DNA of 63,733 nucleotides, the filler included, from Octopus bimaculoides (Eukaryota), in assembly GCF_001194135.2 (NCBI RefSeq). It is 6 parts of 6 records of this genome, joined end to end, with 100 filler letters (N's around TTAATTAATTAA, not from the genome) between each part and the next. Parts side by side here need not be neighbours in the genome. Positions count along the whole stretch, not along the records: positions 18,350 to 37,912 come from NC_068981.1; positions 38,013 to 44,386 come from NC_068996.1; 4 more parts are not named here. One strand, 5' to 3'. The translations under genes and the position numbers were made by a program. This document shows, one piece after another, positions 25,979-38,039 of the stretch. The notes beneath the pieces are model-generated. The model was not told where the DNA came from and ran no database searches. It saw only the letters and a program-made list of their open reading frames with translations. The stretch's first letter is position 1. Each line of letters begins with the position of its first letter.

Positions 25979-27697
25979 TAGTATTCTATATATATATAAA
26001 GGATACGAAACGAGGAAGACAAAATCAAACGACGCTTCAACTCTGCGTGAGTGTGTGTGTGTGTGTGTGTGTGCGTGCGTGCGTGTGTGTGTGTGTGTGT
26101 GCGTGTGTGTGTATGTGTGTGTGTGTATGTGTGTGTGTGTTCTTGTGTGCATATGTATACAGTTATATGTATGAGTAGCGCAGTGTGTAGCGAACGCGGT
26201 TTTCTATACTTTGTCACAACCGCCTTCCTTTTTTAGGTATGCATGTCTTTTATATATATATGCATGTATAAATACCCGTGTCTGGGAATCTATTTTCTTT
26301 GTATCTTTATAAATAAACATTCACAAACACATATAGACTCACTGAAATATTATATATATATATTTTTTTTTTTACACAACACACGCGCGCGCGCACACAC
26401 AAACACACACAGACATTCACATAGTTATAACAACCAATACGTGTAGCCAATTCGCAATACATATAAACACACAGACGCCGTTCAGTATGTCAACACCTAC
26501 CTTTGTTAGTCATCTCTTGTGACGGGCAAAAACACAAGAGAATTATATATTAGTAGATACTAACCATACGAATTTACACACACACATTACTAACGTAGAA
26601 TGCGAAGACTTTTTCTTTTGTTGGATTTGAATAGAATCATAATAATTATCATTACCTTCATTTTATAATAATAATTATGAAGATTGCAATTTTTGGGACA
26701 AGGCCCCTCTTTTCAACTGCAAATTATTATGATTATCGTTGCTATTCATCCATTTTTGCGCCCATATATTGGGTCATTTTAACAAAGCAAACAGCTATAT
26801 GTTTTTAGAGCGTTGTTTTGGGTATCATTCAACCAGATGGCTCTTGTTAGTTCATTATAAATATAGTTACGATGAGATTTTGAACTCAAAATATCAAAAA
26901 ACCGAAATTGATACGTTAATTGTTTCTATAAACGCTGTAACCCTTCCGAAAATTCCATTGCATAAGCTTGTATTTTACTTACTGACGGCTAAGGAACGTG
27001 AAAGAAATTTGAACGTTGCCCACTGAAGAAACTGTACAATGCCCAACCCAAATACCCACAAGCCCGAACAGCTGTACAAACATGGTGAATATTTTACAAA
27101 TAAGTGCATAAATTAGAGACAACATACTTATGTGAAATATACTGCTAAATCAAAGGAGAATATTTATAAAATGTGAATGTGTTAATTATGGAAATACATG
27201 TTAGATTGGTCTGACCATTTATTATTTACCTGTACATTCTAGAATTAAAGGAGAATATGAAATTTATTTAATATTTGAGCCCATGTTGTGTTTTTATTAA
27301 AATAACTGATTTAGTTGCTTTGCTTTAATTAACGCATAGTGTTTTGAGAATAATTAATATTTTTATCATGCCTTTATACTTACACGTATTCTTCATTCAT
27401 TTCGCAGTTAATTAATCCTCCTTGTTTACATTTTCTTTATATCAACATATAATCCTGTAAACTATGAAACATCTCTCGTTTATTGTGCATGTTTTCATAA
27501 TATATTTTACTGAAACCATTTATGTGACATAAAAAAGATATTAATTTTAATGACAATAACTTTGCTTGCTGCTAAATAAACTAAGTGAGCGAAGATTTTT
27601 TCCGTTTCAACAGGATATTATATACTCATGTTTTTATTGGCTATTTCTATTTTATTTGCGATGCACGAAACTATTTTATTATTATACAATAAATAAA

Positions 27698-27920
27698 GGT
27701 GGCGAGCTAGCAGAATCATTAGCACGCCGAGCGAAATGCTTAGTAGTATTTCGCCAGCCTTTACGTTCTCACTTCAAATTCCGCCGAGGTTTACCTTGCC
27801 TTTCATCATTTCAGGGTCGATAAATTAAATACCAGTTATATACTGCGGTCGATCGAATCGACTGGCCCCCTCCCACCAAATTGCAGGCCTTCTTCCTATA
27901 GTAGAAAGGATATTATTATT
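27698..27920 (+). mobile_element. Full-length tRNA-derived SINE family A with TSD
   Basis: A-box-like gctagcagaatcatt, B-box-like cttcaaattcc, (ATT)n tail, and 11-bp TSD caataaataaa at 27687-27697 and 27921-27931. Confidence 0.92.
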
Positions 27921-28099
27921 CAATAAATAAAATATAATGATGTCTTAAACTTTTCACTGAAACATTCAAAACAATTATGAGCGAACAAAAACTGAACTCC
28001 AGAGTAAATATAATCCACTAATAAATCAGGTGAATCTCCCTTAAATCACACGATGATTTGTACATAATGAGCAATTTCAAAATGTTTACATGTATATAT

Positions 28100-28484
28100 G
28101 TGGACGCGCAATAGCCCAGTGGTTAGGCAGTGGACTCGCGGTCATAGGATCGCGGTTCCGATTCGCAGACCGGGCTTTGTGAGTGATTATTGAGCAAAAA
28201 CACCTAACACTCCACGTGGGTCCGGCAGATAGTGGCGAACCCTGCTGTACTCTTTCACCACAACTTTCTCTCACTCTTACTTCCTGTTTCTGTTGTGCCT
28301 GTAATTCAAAGGGTGACGCTGTGCCACGCTGAATATCCCCGAGAACTACGTTAAGGTTACACGTTAAGGTTACACGTGTATGTGTAGTGTTCAGCCACTT
28401 GCACGTCAATTTCACGAGCAGGCTGTTCCGTTGATCGGATGAACTGGAACCCTCGATGTCGTAAGCGACCGAGTGCCAACAACA
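28100..28484 (+). mobile_element. Full-length tRNA-derived SINE family C with TSD
   Basis: A-box tagcccagtgg, B-box ggttccgattc, (CAA)n tail, 12-bp TSD acatgtatatat at 28088-28099 and 28485-28496, and an internal 13-bp tandem duplication at 28349-28374. Confidence 0.92.
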
Positions 28485-29457
28485 ACATGTATATATATTC
28501 TATGTCTGCATAAAGTCATATCGGGAAAAAAGGCTGAAATAGTTTTGACGTTTGGTCGTTTGCTCGGCTGAAACAGAGACACTAGAACAAGGACAAAGCG
28601 TAACACAATATCTCCTCTCATATTCATGTACCAAGCGATCATCTACGTATTAGAATATTTTATTTAATTAGCTGAATTAACTATTTGAAATTATAAAGAA
28701 AAATATTTAATTTGTGGTGACATTTCTATTTCATAAACAAGAATAGTTCAATGCGTCAGTTACATAATCTTGCAATAATTTAGTTTAATAGATAGAACAA
28801 TTAGATTACAATGATGTAAAAATACTAAAAGGTACGCGTTATTTTGTTTGTTTTTTGCTTTCTTTAGTTTTTTGTTTTTGTTTTTTGTTTGTAGGAAAAT
28901 GATACAGAGTTAATAAACGTAAACCCTAATGTTGTGCATAATTCAAATATATTTCATTAAGCCTGGAATGACAAAGACGGGAAAATATGAAATTGAAAAT
29001 GAGATAGGAAGCCAAATACAGCAGTGAATATCCTATAATCCGAGATTTGCTCGTTATTCTTCATAGTCAACGAACGAAGTCGAACAACACAGCGAACTTC
29101 ATCAATAGATGTTTTGTACTTATTTATTGAATTTTTAGAGAGCAAAAAAAACAAACTCCACCTTATGTGAATAGGCATAGAGGCATTCCACGAGCAACAT
29201 TTTGTTGCAAATGAGGTTAAAATTGAAAACGACATAGAAGACAATTGTGGACAAACTTAGTTTTAGTCATAAAATCCAATTTTTTTTCCTTTAAATATAG
29301 TTGGATATCCAGTAAAACATTTTTTTATTAGTTTCGTCAAAATAATCAATGCTACTATACTGTGTCGATTTCATTGTCCATGATATATCTGCAGTAAATT
29401 CTTTCTCCTGTCCTGACAGCTATTGCAATCTTCTAAATGTAAAAATATATTCCTACG

Positions 29458-29515
<58 letters not shown>

Positions 29516-29862
29516 NNNNNNNNNNNNNNNNNNNNNNNNNNNNNNNNNNNNNNNNNNNNNNNNNNNNNNNNNNNNNNNNNNNNNNNNNNNNNNNNNNNNN
29601 NNNNNNNNNNNNNNNNNNNNNNNNNNNNNNNNNNNNNNNNNNNNNNNNNNNNNNNNNNNNNNNNNNNNNNNNNNNNNNNNNNNNNNNNNNNNNNNNNNNN
29701 NNNNNNNNNNNNNNNNNNNNNNNNNNNNNNNNNNNNNNNNNNNNNNNNNNNNNNNNNNNNNNNNNNNNNNNNNNNNNNNNNNNNNNNNNNNNNNNNNNNN
29801 NNNNNNNNNNNNNNNNNNNNNNNNNNNNNNNNNNNNNNNNNNNNNNNNNNNNNNNNNNNNNN

Positions 29863-29915
<53 letters not shown>

Positions 29916-30887
29916 GCATGGGCATATTCTTATTTGTCTACATGTGTATACATCTATATTTATACCATGTAAATATTATCAAATAGATGACAACGGAACA
30001 CATTGAAACATGTTCACTTTTGTTTGTTTATTGTAATGAGGTATCTTTGTGATGCCTGAAATCCGTTTTCGTTTATCTGTAATTGAATTGTAAATGTTTA
30101 CGTTATTCCAATCGAAAGATAACACAAAACTGAAGATTACGATGAAAAGATATCGGTAAATACTGAAGCAATATGAAAATTGGATTAGTATCCGTGTACC
30201 AGAACAGACAATCTGTTTTATATTATTCGTAGTAGTTTCTTTTTTTCTTTTATACTGATTATTAACTTATTCCAATATCAAAATAAATTGTATGCGTGTA
30301 AATTTTCTCTATTATATATAATAGATTTACTGGGAATTGGTTGGCAAACTATCATAATTAATGTCAAAAAGATAATAAGATAAATTCGGGAAATTGCAAA
30401 CTTATGTATTAATGAAGTGCACTCTGAATCTCACGCGTACTTTATATAACAAACGAGGTTTCATTTGCATCTCACTATAAGACCATTAGTTGAAAACGTT
30501 ACCACTAATACACATACTAGACACCAATGCAGACACGTTCATGTCTGAACGTATATACGAACACACAAACACTCATATATGTGCGCGCACGCACACTCAC
30601 TCACCGCCCCCCACACACACACACCTATGTTTGTATGTATTTATGTACGGATTATGTACGCAGAAAATCGTGAGGATAGCAGAGGAAGCCCCCTTTGTGT
30701 ATGTATGTATTTATGTAGGTAGGTAGGTATATATGTATGTATGTATGTATGCATGCATGCTTGTATGTATGTATGTATGTATGTATGTAAGTATTTGCAC
30801 TTTCGTCTGTTCAATCGGATCTGGATTTCTGCAGAAATCGAAAAAAAAATATCCAAAATTATTCTTAATATACAATATATGTACACC

Positions 30888-30926
<39 letters not shown>

Positions 30927-31872
30927 ACACACAACACTACACACATACACACACATGCACAACACTACACACATACACACAGATGCACGCTCACACACAC
31001 ACACACTCACACACACGCGCGGACACACACACACACGCACACACACACACGGACACACACACGTATGCATATGTATTGATACACAATGTATTTACGTGTA
31101 TGTGCGTTCATACATATTACACACACGTATACTTTTACAGAAACAATGCATATCTTAGCCATTGAAAAACACATAAAGTCTTAACTTCACTTAAACATTT
31201 ATTATTTGCAGTTAAGATTCTTTGAGCACTTTTGAATGCGCACTAAATGTCTTCAACACTGAAATAGTTCGAGCTTCAACACACGTTCTCAAATCCAATA
31301 AGTTGTCACATAAATCCATCTAAAGTATATGTGTGTGTTTATATACAAATGAAAAGATACAGTATTTAGTTCAATATCTTTTCTCCCACGTATATGTGTG
31401 GGCGCATTTTCCATATTTATGAAAAACACGAAGTCTAGATTTTATTGCAGCCTTTAACGCTTTCAAACTCGACGTATCCTCCTACACCGTTTTCGCATTG
31501 CTTAATGCCAGACCTCTCTCTGGCTATGAAAACATATAATGCTTCAAATCTGACAGACTTACACTGCATTAATCGACAGTATTTTCTTCTACAACATCAC
31601 TCTACATGAATCATCTGGAAGGTCACGTTACGCAAAATCACAAATCACAACGCAAACAATTGTGTTTGGATTTAAGTAAGACATTTGTAGTCATCGACAT
31701 TTGCATGTTTTTTTTGTTTTTTTTCATTCTTGAAGAGTGATAAGCCGAACACTCCGTCTTCTTAGACAGAACAGCTAAGCAAATAAACACACATATGCAC
31801 ATGCATAAATACGAACACATAGCCATGCGCACTCATTACCATAAATATTAAGATAAATTGGTTGATAGATAT

Positions 31873-31903
<31 letters not shown>

Positions 31904-32267
31904 TATAGATAGATAGATAGCGCGAAGAAGTTTCTTGTGTTCAGACCATAAACTACTGATTTTACTGTAACTGCTCCATGCCTTCCCCTTGTTAAATGAA
32001 GTGCGAATAATGATAGGTGTATTTAGAGACACTGGTCAAAAAACAATATGGCAATGTGTATTACAATACAGAAATACACATGTATACTACCGGATTCTTA
32101 CGGTTTCCACCTACAAAATCCACTCATTGAGACCGAATCAAGAATCACATACATGTGAAGTAGATTTCTTGCCATACAAACACGCATTGGCACAAATATC
32201 TGTGTGTATGTGTGTGTGTACGTGCGCGCACGTTGCGTGTGTATATGTATTTATGTATATATGTATC

Positions 32268-32307
<40 letters not shown>

Positions 32308-33326
32308 CATGTACATGGATGTACGTGTGTGTGCGCGTGTGCTTTTCTGTTAATGCTGAATTGAAATTGACATTTTTATAGCAGCACAGTGATACTGGGC
32401 AATGTAAGCAGACGCTTTTTGTTATCACTGCCACAGATAAATATTAGGGGAAAGTTTTCAAAACTGTAGCTATATAATTTTCAAAAAGTGTAACTAGCTT
32501 ACATCGTAATAAGTAAATTTGCCGTTCAATATGTTTTTAGCATTTTAGCATTTGTTTTATTCTATGCTGAAAAAGATTATCTAAATCAGCATAATCACCA
32601 TATAGATATTATATTTCATTAATTTAGTTTCTATAATGCCACTAATTCCTTCAAGATATAGCTAGACTATTACAAGAAAAATCCTGACTGAATAAGCATG
32701 ATTTTACCTCTTTCCTTGTGAAATGGATATAATACTAGTCTACATATAGAAGTGTATATATGTGTATGGATGCCTTTATGAGTATTTGAACAAATATACT
32801 TATCAAGCGAATAAGCAAGTCTGATGTAAGATTAATTTGACGAAACGTCAGACATAATAATACAAAATAAATAGATCAATGCTGAAGTAGGAATTGGCAG
32901 GGTGACATTGGAATGGCAAGCGTTGTTAAATAAGATTATTTAAGTCTATAGACAATAAGTTGGAAAGTAAAATAAGAAGAGGAAAAAGAAGAATATATTA
33001 ATATGGAAAATATTAGTTAATTCATAATTAAGTTATATCCTATCATAACATAATTTTAGATATATGTTAAGCTTCTTTGCTTGGAACAATACATTCGAAT
33101 ATTGTACTACATTGTACAGAAGCACGCACTTGTCGCTCACTCTGTCTCTCTATTTCTCTTACTCAAATTCTATCCTCTTTCTCTTCTCTTCCTCTGTCAC
33201 GCTCACTGTGTGTGTGTATACAGTTGTATTTACACGCACATATGTACATATACATGCTCGCACTTAAACACACACACACATTTGTGCATTACATACGTGT
33301 ATGTGTGTTTGTGGGAGTTTGTGCGT

Positions 33327-33369
<43 letters not shown>

Positions 33370-34389
33370 CGTGTAAAGTTATGTATATGTGTGCTTATGA
33401 AGGAAATCGTGTGTGTACACTTCCTCCGATGACCACTAGAAACGGTTCGAAGATCTGTACAATGAAAACTAGCAGGAGTTGGAATATACCAACATGTACG
33501 AATACATAAGCGCGTATCGGCGCACACTCTCAAACACGCACATTCACCCGTCTTATCACACACATATTATCCAAAGTTTCTGTAATTGATATCACCTCCT
33601 AATCAACAGCTTACGGCGATAGCCCTTCTTTTCATTCCCATTTCATATGGCTCTTTTTTCGCGGGTCTTTTACATTTTTGCTGTCCTGTGCGTTATTTTC
33701 GCCGTATTTGCTTAATAACACGGGCAGTATTTTGCGTACATATTCTTTGTTTTATAGTGCTATCTTTGTGTAAATCTCTGACCCCTCTCTTTTTGGGCCA
33801 TATTTTCTCTTTCCCTCTCACTTTCTCTCCATTTCTCTTTCCCGCGTTTTCTCTACATTTCTTTGTCTTCCCGTCTATATTTTCTCTACCGTCTTATTTT
33901 GTTAACTGTTCCCTTTTTCTCTAATATATTCTCACTTCTTTAATCTCTGATTCTCAAATGCAAGAAGTAATGTTGAAAACTTTAGTGTTTTTCATATTGA
34001 AACAGATAATATGCTCAAAATTCTCTTGTATTCTTCGTCTATTTCACTCGAACGATATTCACGATTCTTTTTTCGCTTTGTTTTCTTTTTCTACAGTGAT
34101 TTGTCGTTTTCAATGTCTGTCCACTAACTTGTAAAATGTGTGTGTAAGAATGTGTGCATATGTATATTGTACAGGAATAGATGCACAGTATTTATAAAAG
34201 TAAAATATAGACATACGAGAATTACACCTGCACTCACAATCACGCACAAATACATATGCGTGTAAATATACATAACCTACTGATACTAATCATCTACAGA
34301 AAGACCTAGATACAGTATATAAATGTATTGAAGATAACTACACATAATTTGAGGCGGATAAATTTCAAGAGCTCCGCTACCAGATAATT

Positions 34390-35100
34390 AGTGCTCAGAA
34401 TATGCAATAACGGTACTGGGGAGCAGAAGAAGCAGATTCCCAGAGTTTCCGAGATCTGGGGATTTATATTGCAACGATGCCTCGTTTCACATACATATCA
34501 TCAAGATGGTGGCAATGTGCAGGCGAAGGGCCGGAAGGATTTTCAGCATCTTCAGAACAAGGGACCAGGAAACTCTGCTGGGTTTTGAATGACATTTATA
34601 CTCAGCTGCCTGGATTACTGCTCTCGACTGTACTCACCATACAGTGCTAAAAATAATGGCGAAACCTGAGACAGTTCAGCGGTGCTACAGTAGGAAGTTT
34701 GCATCCATGGAAGAGCTGAGCTACTGGGAGAGACTGAAGAAGCTATTACTCAAAACTCTGGATCGAAGATGGAAGAGGTATGCGGTGAAATACGTATGGA
34801 AGATTCAGTAGGGGCTAGTACCAAACTTTGGTACCACTGCATGGAATTTGGAATTCAAGGGCCAACAGTTATTTGACGCCATGCCAAAATATCTGATGTA
34901 TTTTCATGGAATAGGTGTTCACCTCCTGTTATCCAAGGTCGGAGATGAACCTATGTCAAGTCAGGAAACTCAAGAGGGGAGCAATGTCCAACTCAGTCCT
35001 TCCCCAACAACCAATCACGTAAGATTGGCCATTGATATGGTGATTACAATGGCGGTGCTCCAAGACGTCCACAACCTTCGAGCTGAAACATAAAAAAATA
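34390..35100 (+). pseudogene. CR1/L2-group LINE 3' remnant (RT C-terminus plus 3' UTR)
   Basis: RDLGIY..DASFHIHIIKMV, FRTRDQETLL, CLDYCSRLYSPY, VQRCYSRKFASMEELSYWERLKKL, RRWKRYAVKYVWKI..GLVPNFG, and VGDEP. Ends ggcggtgctcca..ctgaaaca plus an A-rich tail. Confidence 0.85.
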
Positions 35101-35142
35101 TAAAATAATGTGTGTGTGCTGTATGTGTGTGTGTAAATACAT

Positions 35143-35181
<39 letters not shown>

Positions 35182-37044
35182 NNNNNNNNNNNNNNNNNNN
35201 NNNNNNNNNNNNNNNNNNNNNNNNNNNNNNNNNNNNNNNNNNNNNNNNNNNNNNNNNNNNNNNNNNNNNNNNNNNNNNNNNNNNNNNNNNNNNNNNNNNN
35301 NNNNNNNNNNNNNNNNNNNNNNNNNNNNNNNNNNNNNNNNNNNNNNNNNNNNNNNNNNNNNNNNNNNNNNNNNNNNNNNNNNNNNNNNNNNNNNNNNNNN
35401 NNNNNNNNNNNNNNNNNNNNNNNNNNNNNNNNNNNNNNNNNNNNNNNNNNNNNNNNNNNNNNNNNNCGAAACCCCTTCTGGGCCAATTGCAGCTTTCTCC
35501 TCTGGACCATTTCCAGTTGTTTCCAAAAATAAGAGTTAAATTACATATGATTTCCGTCCGCTGGGCAGCAAGCTAGGAATTCCATGTCTCCAACATGTGG
35601 GCAGCAATTAACACTTCACCTTTGGAATATAAGAATCCTCGAAATCTAGCGAATGGTTTAGCATCCTTGCCTTCTCCGCCAACCCAATTTGCATCGACTT
35701 TCCCGATGAGGTTAAATTTCAAACCAACTAACTAACCGATCGCTTCTTTAATGCGTTGGTTAAATAATCAGTCAGATGTTTCTTTGTCATCAATGTCATG
35801 CCACCTCACTTCAAAGTCTGCCTTGAATTTGTCTCAGCACAAGTTTTTGCATGTGTGTATGTAAATATATCTTTACTTTCAAGTGAAGGGAATGGTGAGA
35901 ATAAAAAAATGGTATGAGTGAGTGTCTGTGCTCGTGTGCATAGGTGTCTGTTATAGTTATGCGTGTGTGTGTGTGTGTGTGTGTATGTACATGAACGAAA
36001 TTTTTAATTATTTAAGCGCATAAATGCTACTAATTAAACGTTCATCAACTATTTTTTATTGAATAATTTCCATTGCTCTTTTGAGATTTTTCACCCGTCA
36101 ATTATACTTATTTATGCTTCATGTTCTCTTATCAATACACTCCCTTCATTTTCTCTACTTAGTCTTACTCCCTTCTCACCTTTTTCTATTTTCTTCTATC
36201 AACTCGTTTTTGCTTTTTTTTCGGCCATTTCTTCTAGTTTTTAATCTTGTTACGCTTACCTCATTATTTTATTGTCGTCTTTTTTGCTATCCTCTTCATC
36301 ATATTTTCCTTTCCATGCAGAGACCCTATGCAAAGAAAACTATATAGATGTGCAAATCCCATCATATTTCGATCATAGCTTCTTCTCGAAGACCATCTGC
36401 ACTCACAGATAAATTTCAAAGTAGCCAGGGATTAACTTGGACAAAGAAAATAAATAGCTTCTTTGGCATTAGATAATCTAATATATATGTGTTGTATTAC
36501 TTTACGTTATAATTTATTTCATATATATATGTGAATGTGTGTATCTGCGTGTGTGAATGTGCGTATTTATGTGTCTTTGTATGTATACACATGCACACAC
36601 ACACACGCACACACACACACACACGCACATACATACATACATATATATATATATAANNNNNNNNNNATATATGATTATACGTGTATGCATCCCATTAATA
36701 ACTGACTCTTGTATGTATCGGCTCTCCTAACCATTTAGACCCTTTGATGAAGCCTAGAGGCATGTTCAACATCCAGACTCTATCTAACCATCCCCACAGA
36801 TCACTGGAGAGATGGAGCTAGCATGGCGGATATCGTGGCCTCTTGGCAGAAACGACTGTAAGGAACTAATCTTTTAATATTTTACTCTTTTATGTATTAC
36901 TAGTATATATTTGTGTAGCACACAGTATTTGCATGTGTATGAATTCTTATAATACTCCATTTTGTTTTGGAATAGACATATTAGAATGTCTACTGGATGA
37001 TGTATGTAATTTTTGTATTTCCTCCATTTTGTTTTTGCTGTATG

Positions 37045-37880
37045 AATTAAGCGTAAACCACGTTTTTACCTCCACCCGTATATGACACTTGATTGCGAAA
37101 TTGCCACGCAATAACCAGCACTTGGGTATTAATAATTGGGCACCCTATTAATAAACAAAATAAACAAAAATCAAAATACCACACGTACACCTCATGTATC
37201 CAGCATAGTACATAGAAATTGTTTATACCTATATATGAATGTAAGAGGCGGTCTTTTTTAATTACATCTCGGTATACGTGTTTGTTCAGAATAACATTCA
37301 GCACTGAATATATTCTGGTTAAATTTACAATTTACATATATTTACTTTATAAGAATTTATCAAGTAGTTAGCGTGAAAAAACCTCATAAGAGAAAAATTT
37401 ATTATTTATTCCCTATAAATATATATATTTATACTAAGGGCATTACTATACATAGATGCCTCACGCTAGGAGGGACTCTTAAAGTCAAAACTACCATAAT
37501 AAACACATTTTACCGAACGCGAGGGAATGCAACACTCGAAGCGATCCTCCTAAAATCAGATTCTGCTGTATATCATATGATTTCAAAATTCGAAACCCCG
37601 CGTCCTACATAGATATATAGGTATAAACAATTTCTATGTACTATGCTGGATACATGTGGTGTCCGTCTGGTATGTTGATTTTTGTCTATTTTTATATGAC
37701 TTTACTCTGCGTGTACTGAAGTGTAAAGAGTGAATCTTGTGCACTGATTACGAAATCATATGATTTTAGGAGGTTCGCTTCGAGAGTTGTATTCCCTCGC
37801 GTTCGGTAAAATGTGTTTATTATGCTAGTTTTGATTTTAAGACTCCCTTCATGCGTGAGACATCTAAGTATAGTAATGAC

Positions 37881-37885
<5 letters not shown>
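37045..37885. repeat. Two interleaved inverted-repeat pairs (A-B-A'-B')
   Basis: A 37166-37236 / A' 37613-37683 (44-nt perfect core), and B 37436-37558 / B' 37763-37884 (34-nt perfect core). Confidence 0.9.
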
Positions 37886-37912
<27 letters not shown>

Positions 37913-37956
37913 NNNNNNNNNNNNNNNNNNNNNNNNNNNNNNNNNNNNNNNNNNNN

Positions 37957-37968
37957 TTAATTAATTAA
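37957..37968. other. Assembly gap linker TTAATTAATTAA
   Basis: Flanked by 44 N on each side. Confidence 0.97.
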
Positions 37969-38039
37969 NNNNNNNNNNNNNNNNNNNNNNNNNNNNNNNN
38001 NNNNNNNNNNNNATATATATATATACTCACACACACACA

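Noticed and set aside
30824-30839. 16-bp palindrome gatttctgcagaaatc
   Set aside because: About one is expected by chance in an AT-rich window of this size.
34818-34834. Hairpin gtaccaaa-c-tttggtac beside an apparent internal deletion of the CR1 remnant
   Set aside because: Short, and I cannot confirm the deletion without a consensus.
36735-36870. ttgatgaagcc-taga-ggc hammerhead-like half
   Set aside because: Lacks the initial C and the GAAA segment.
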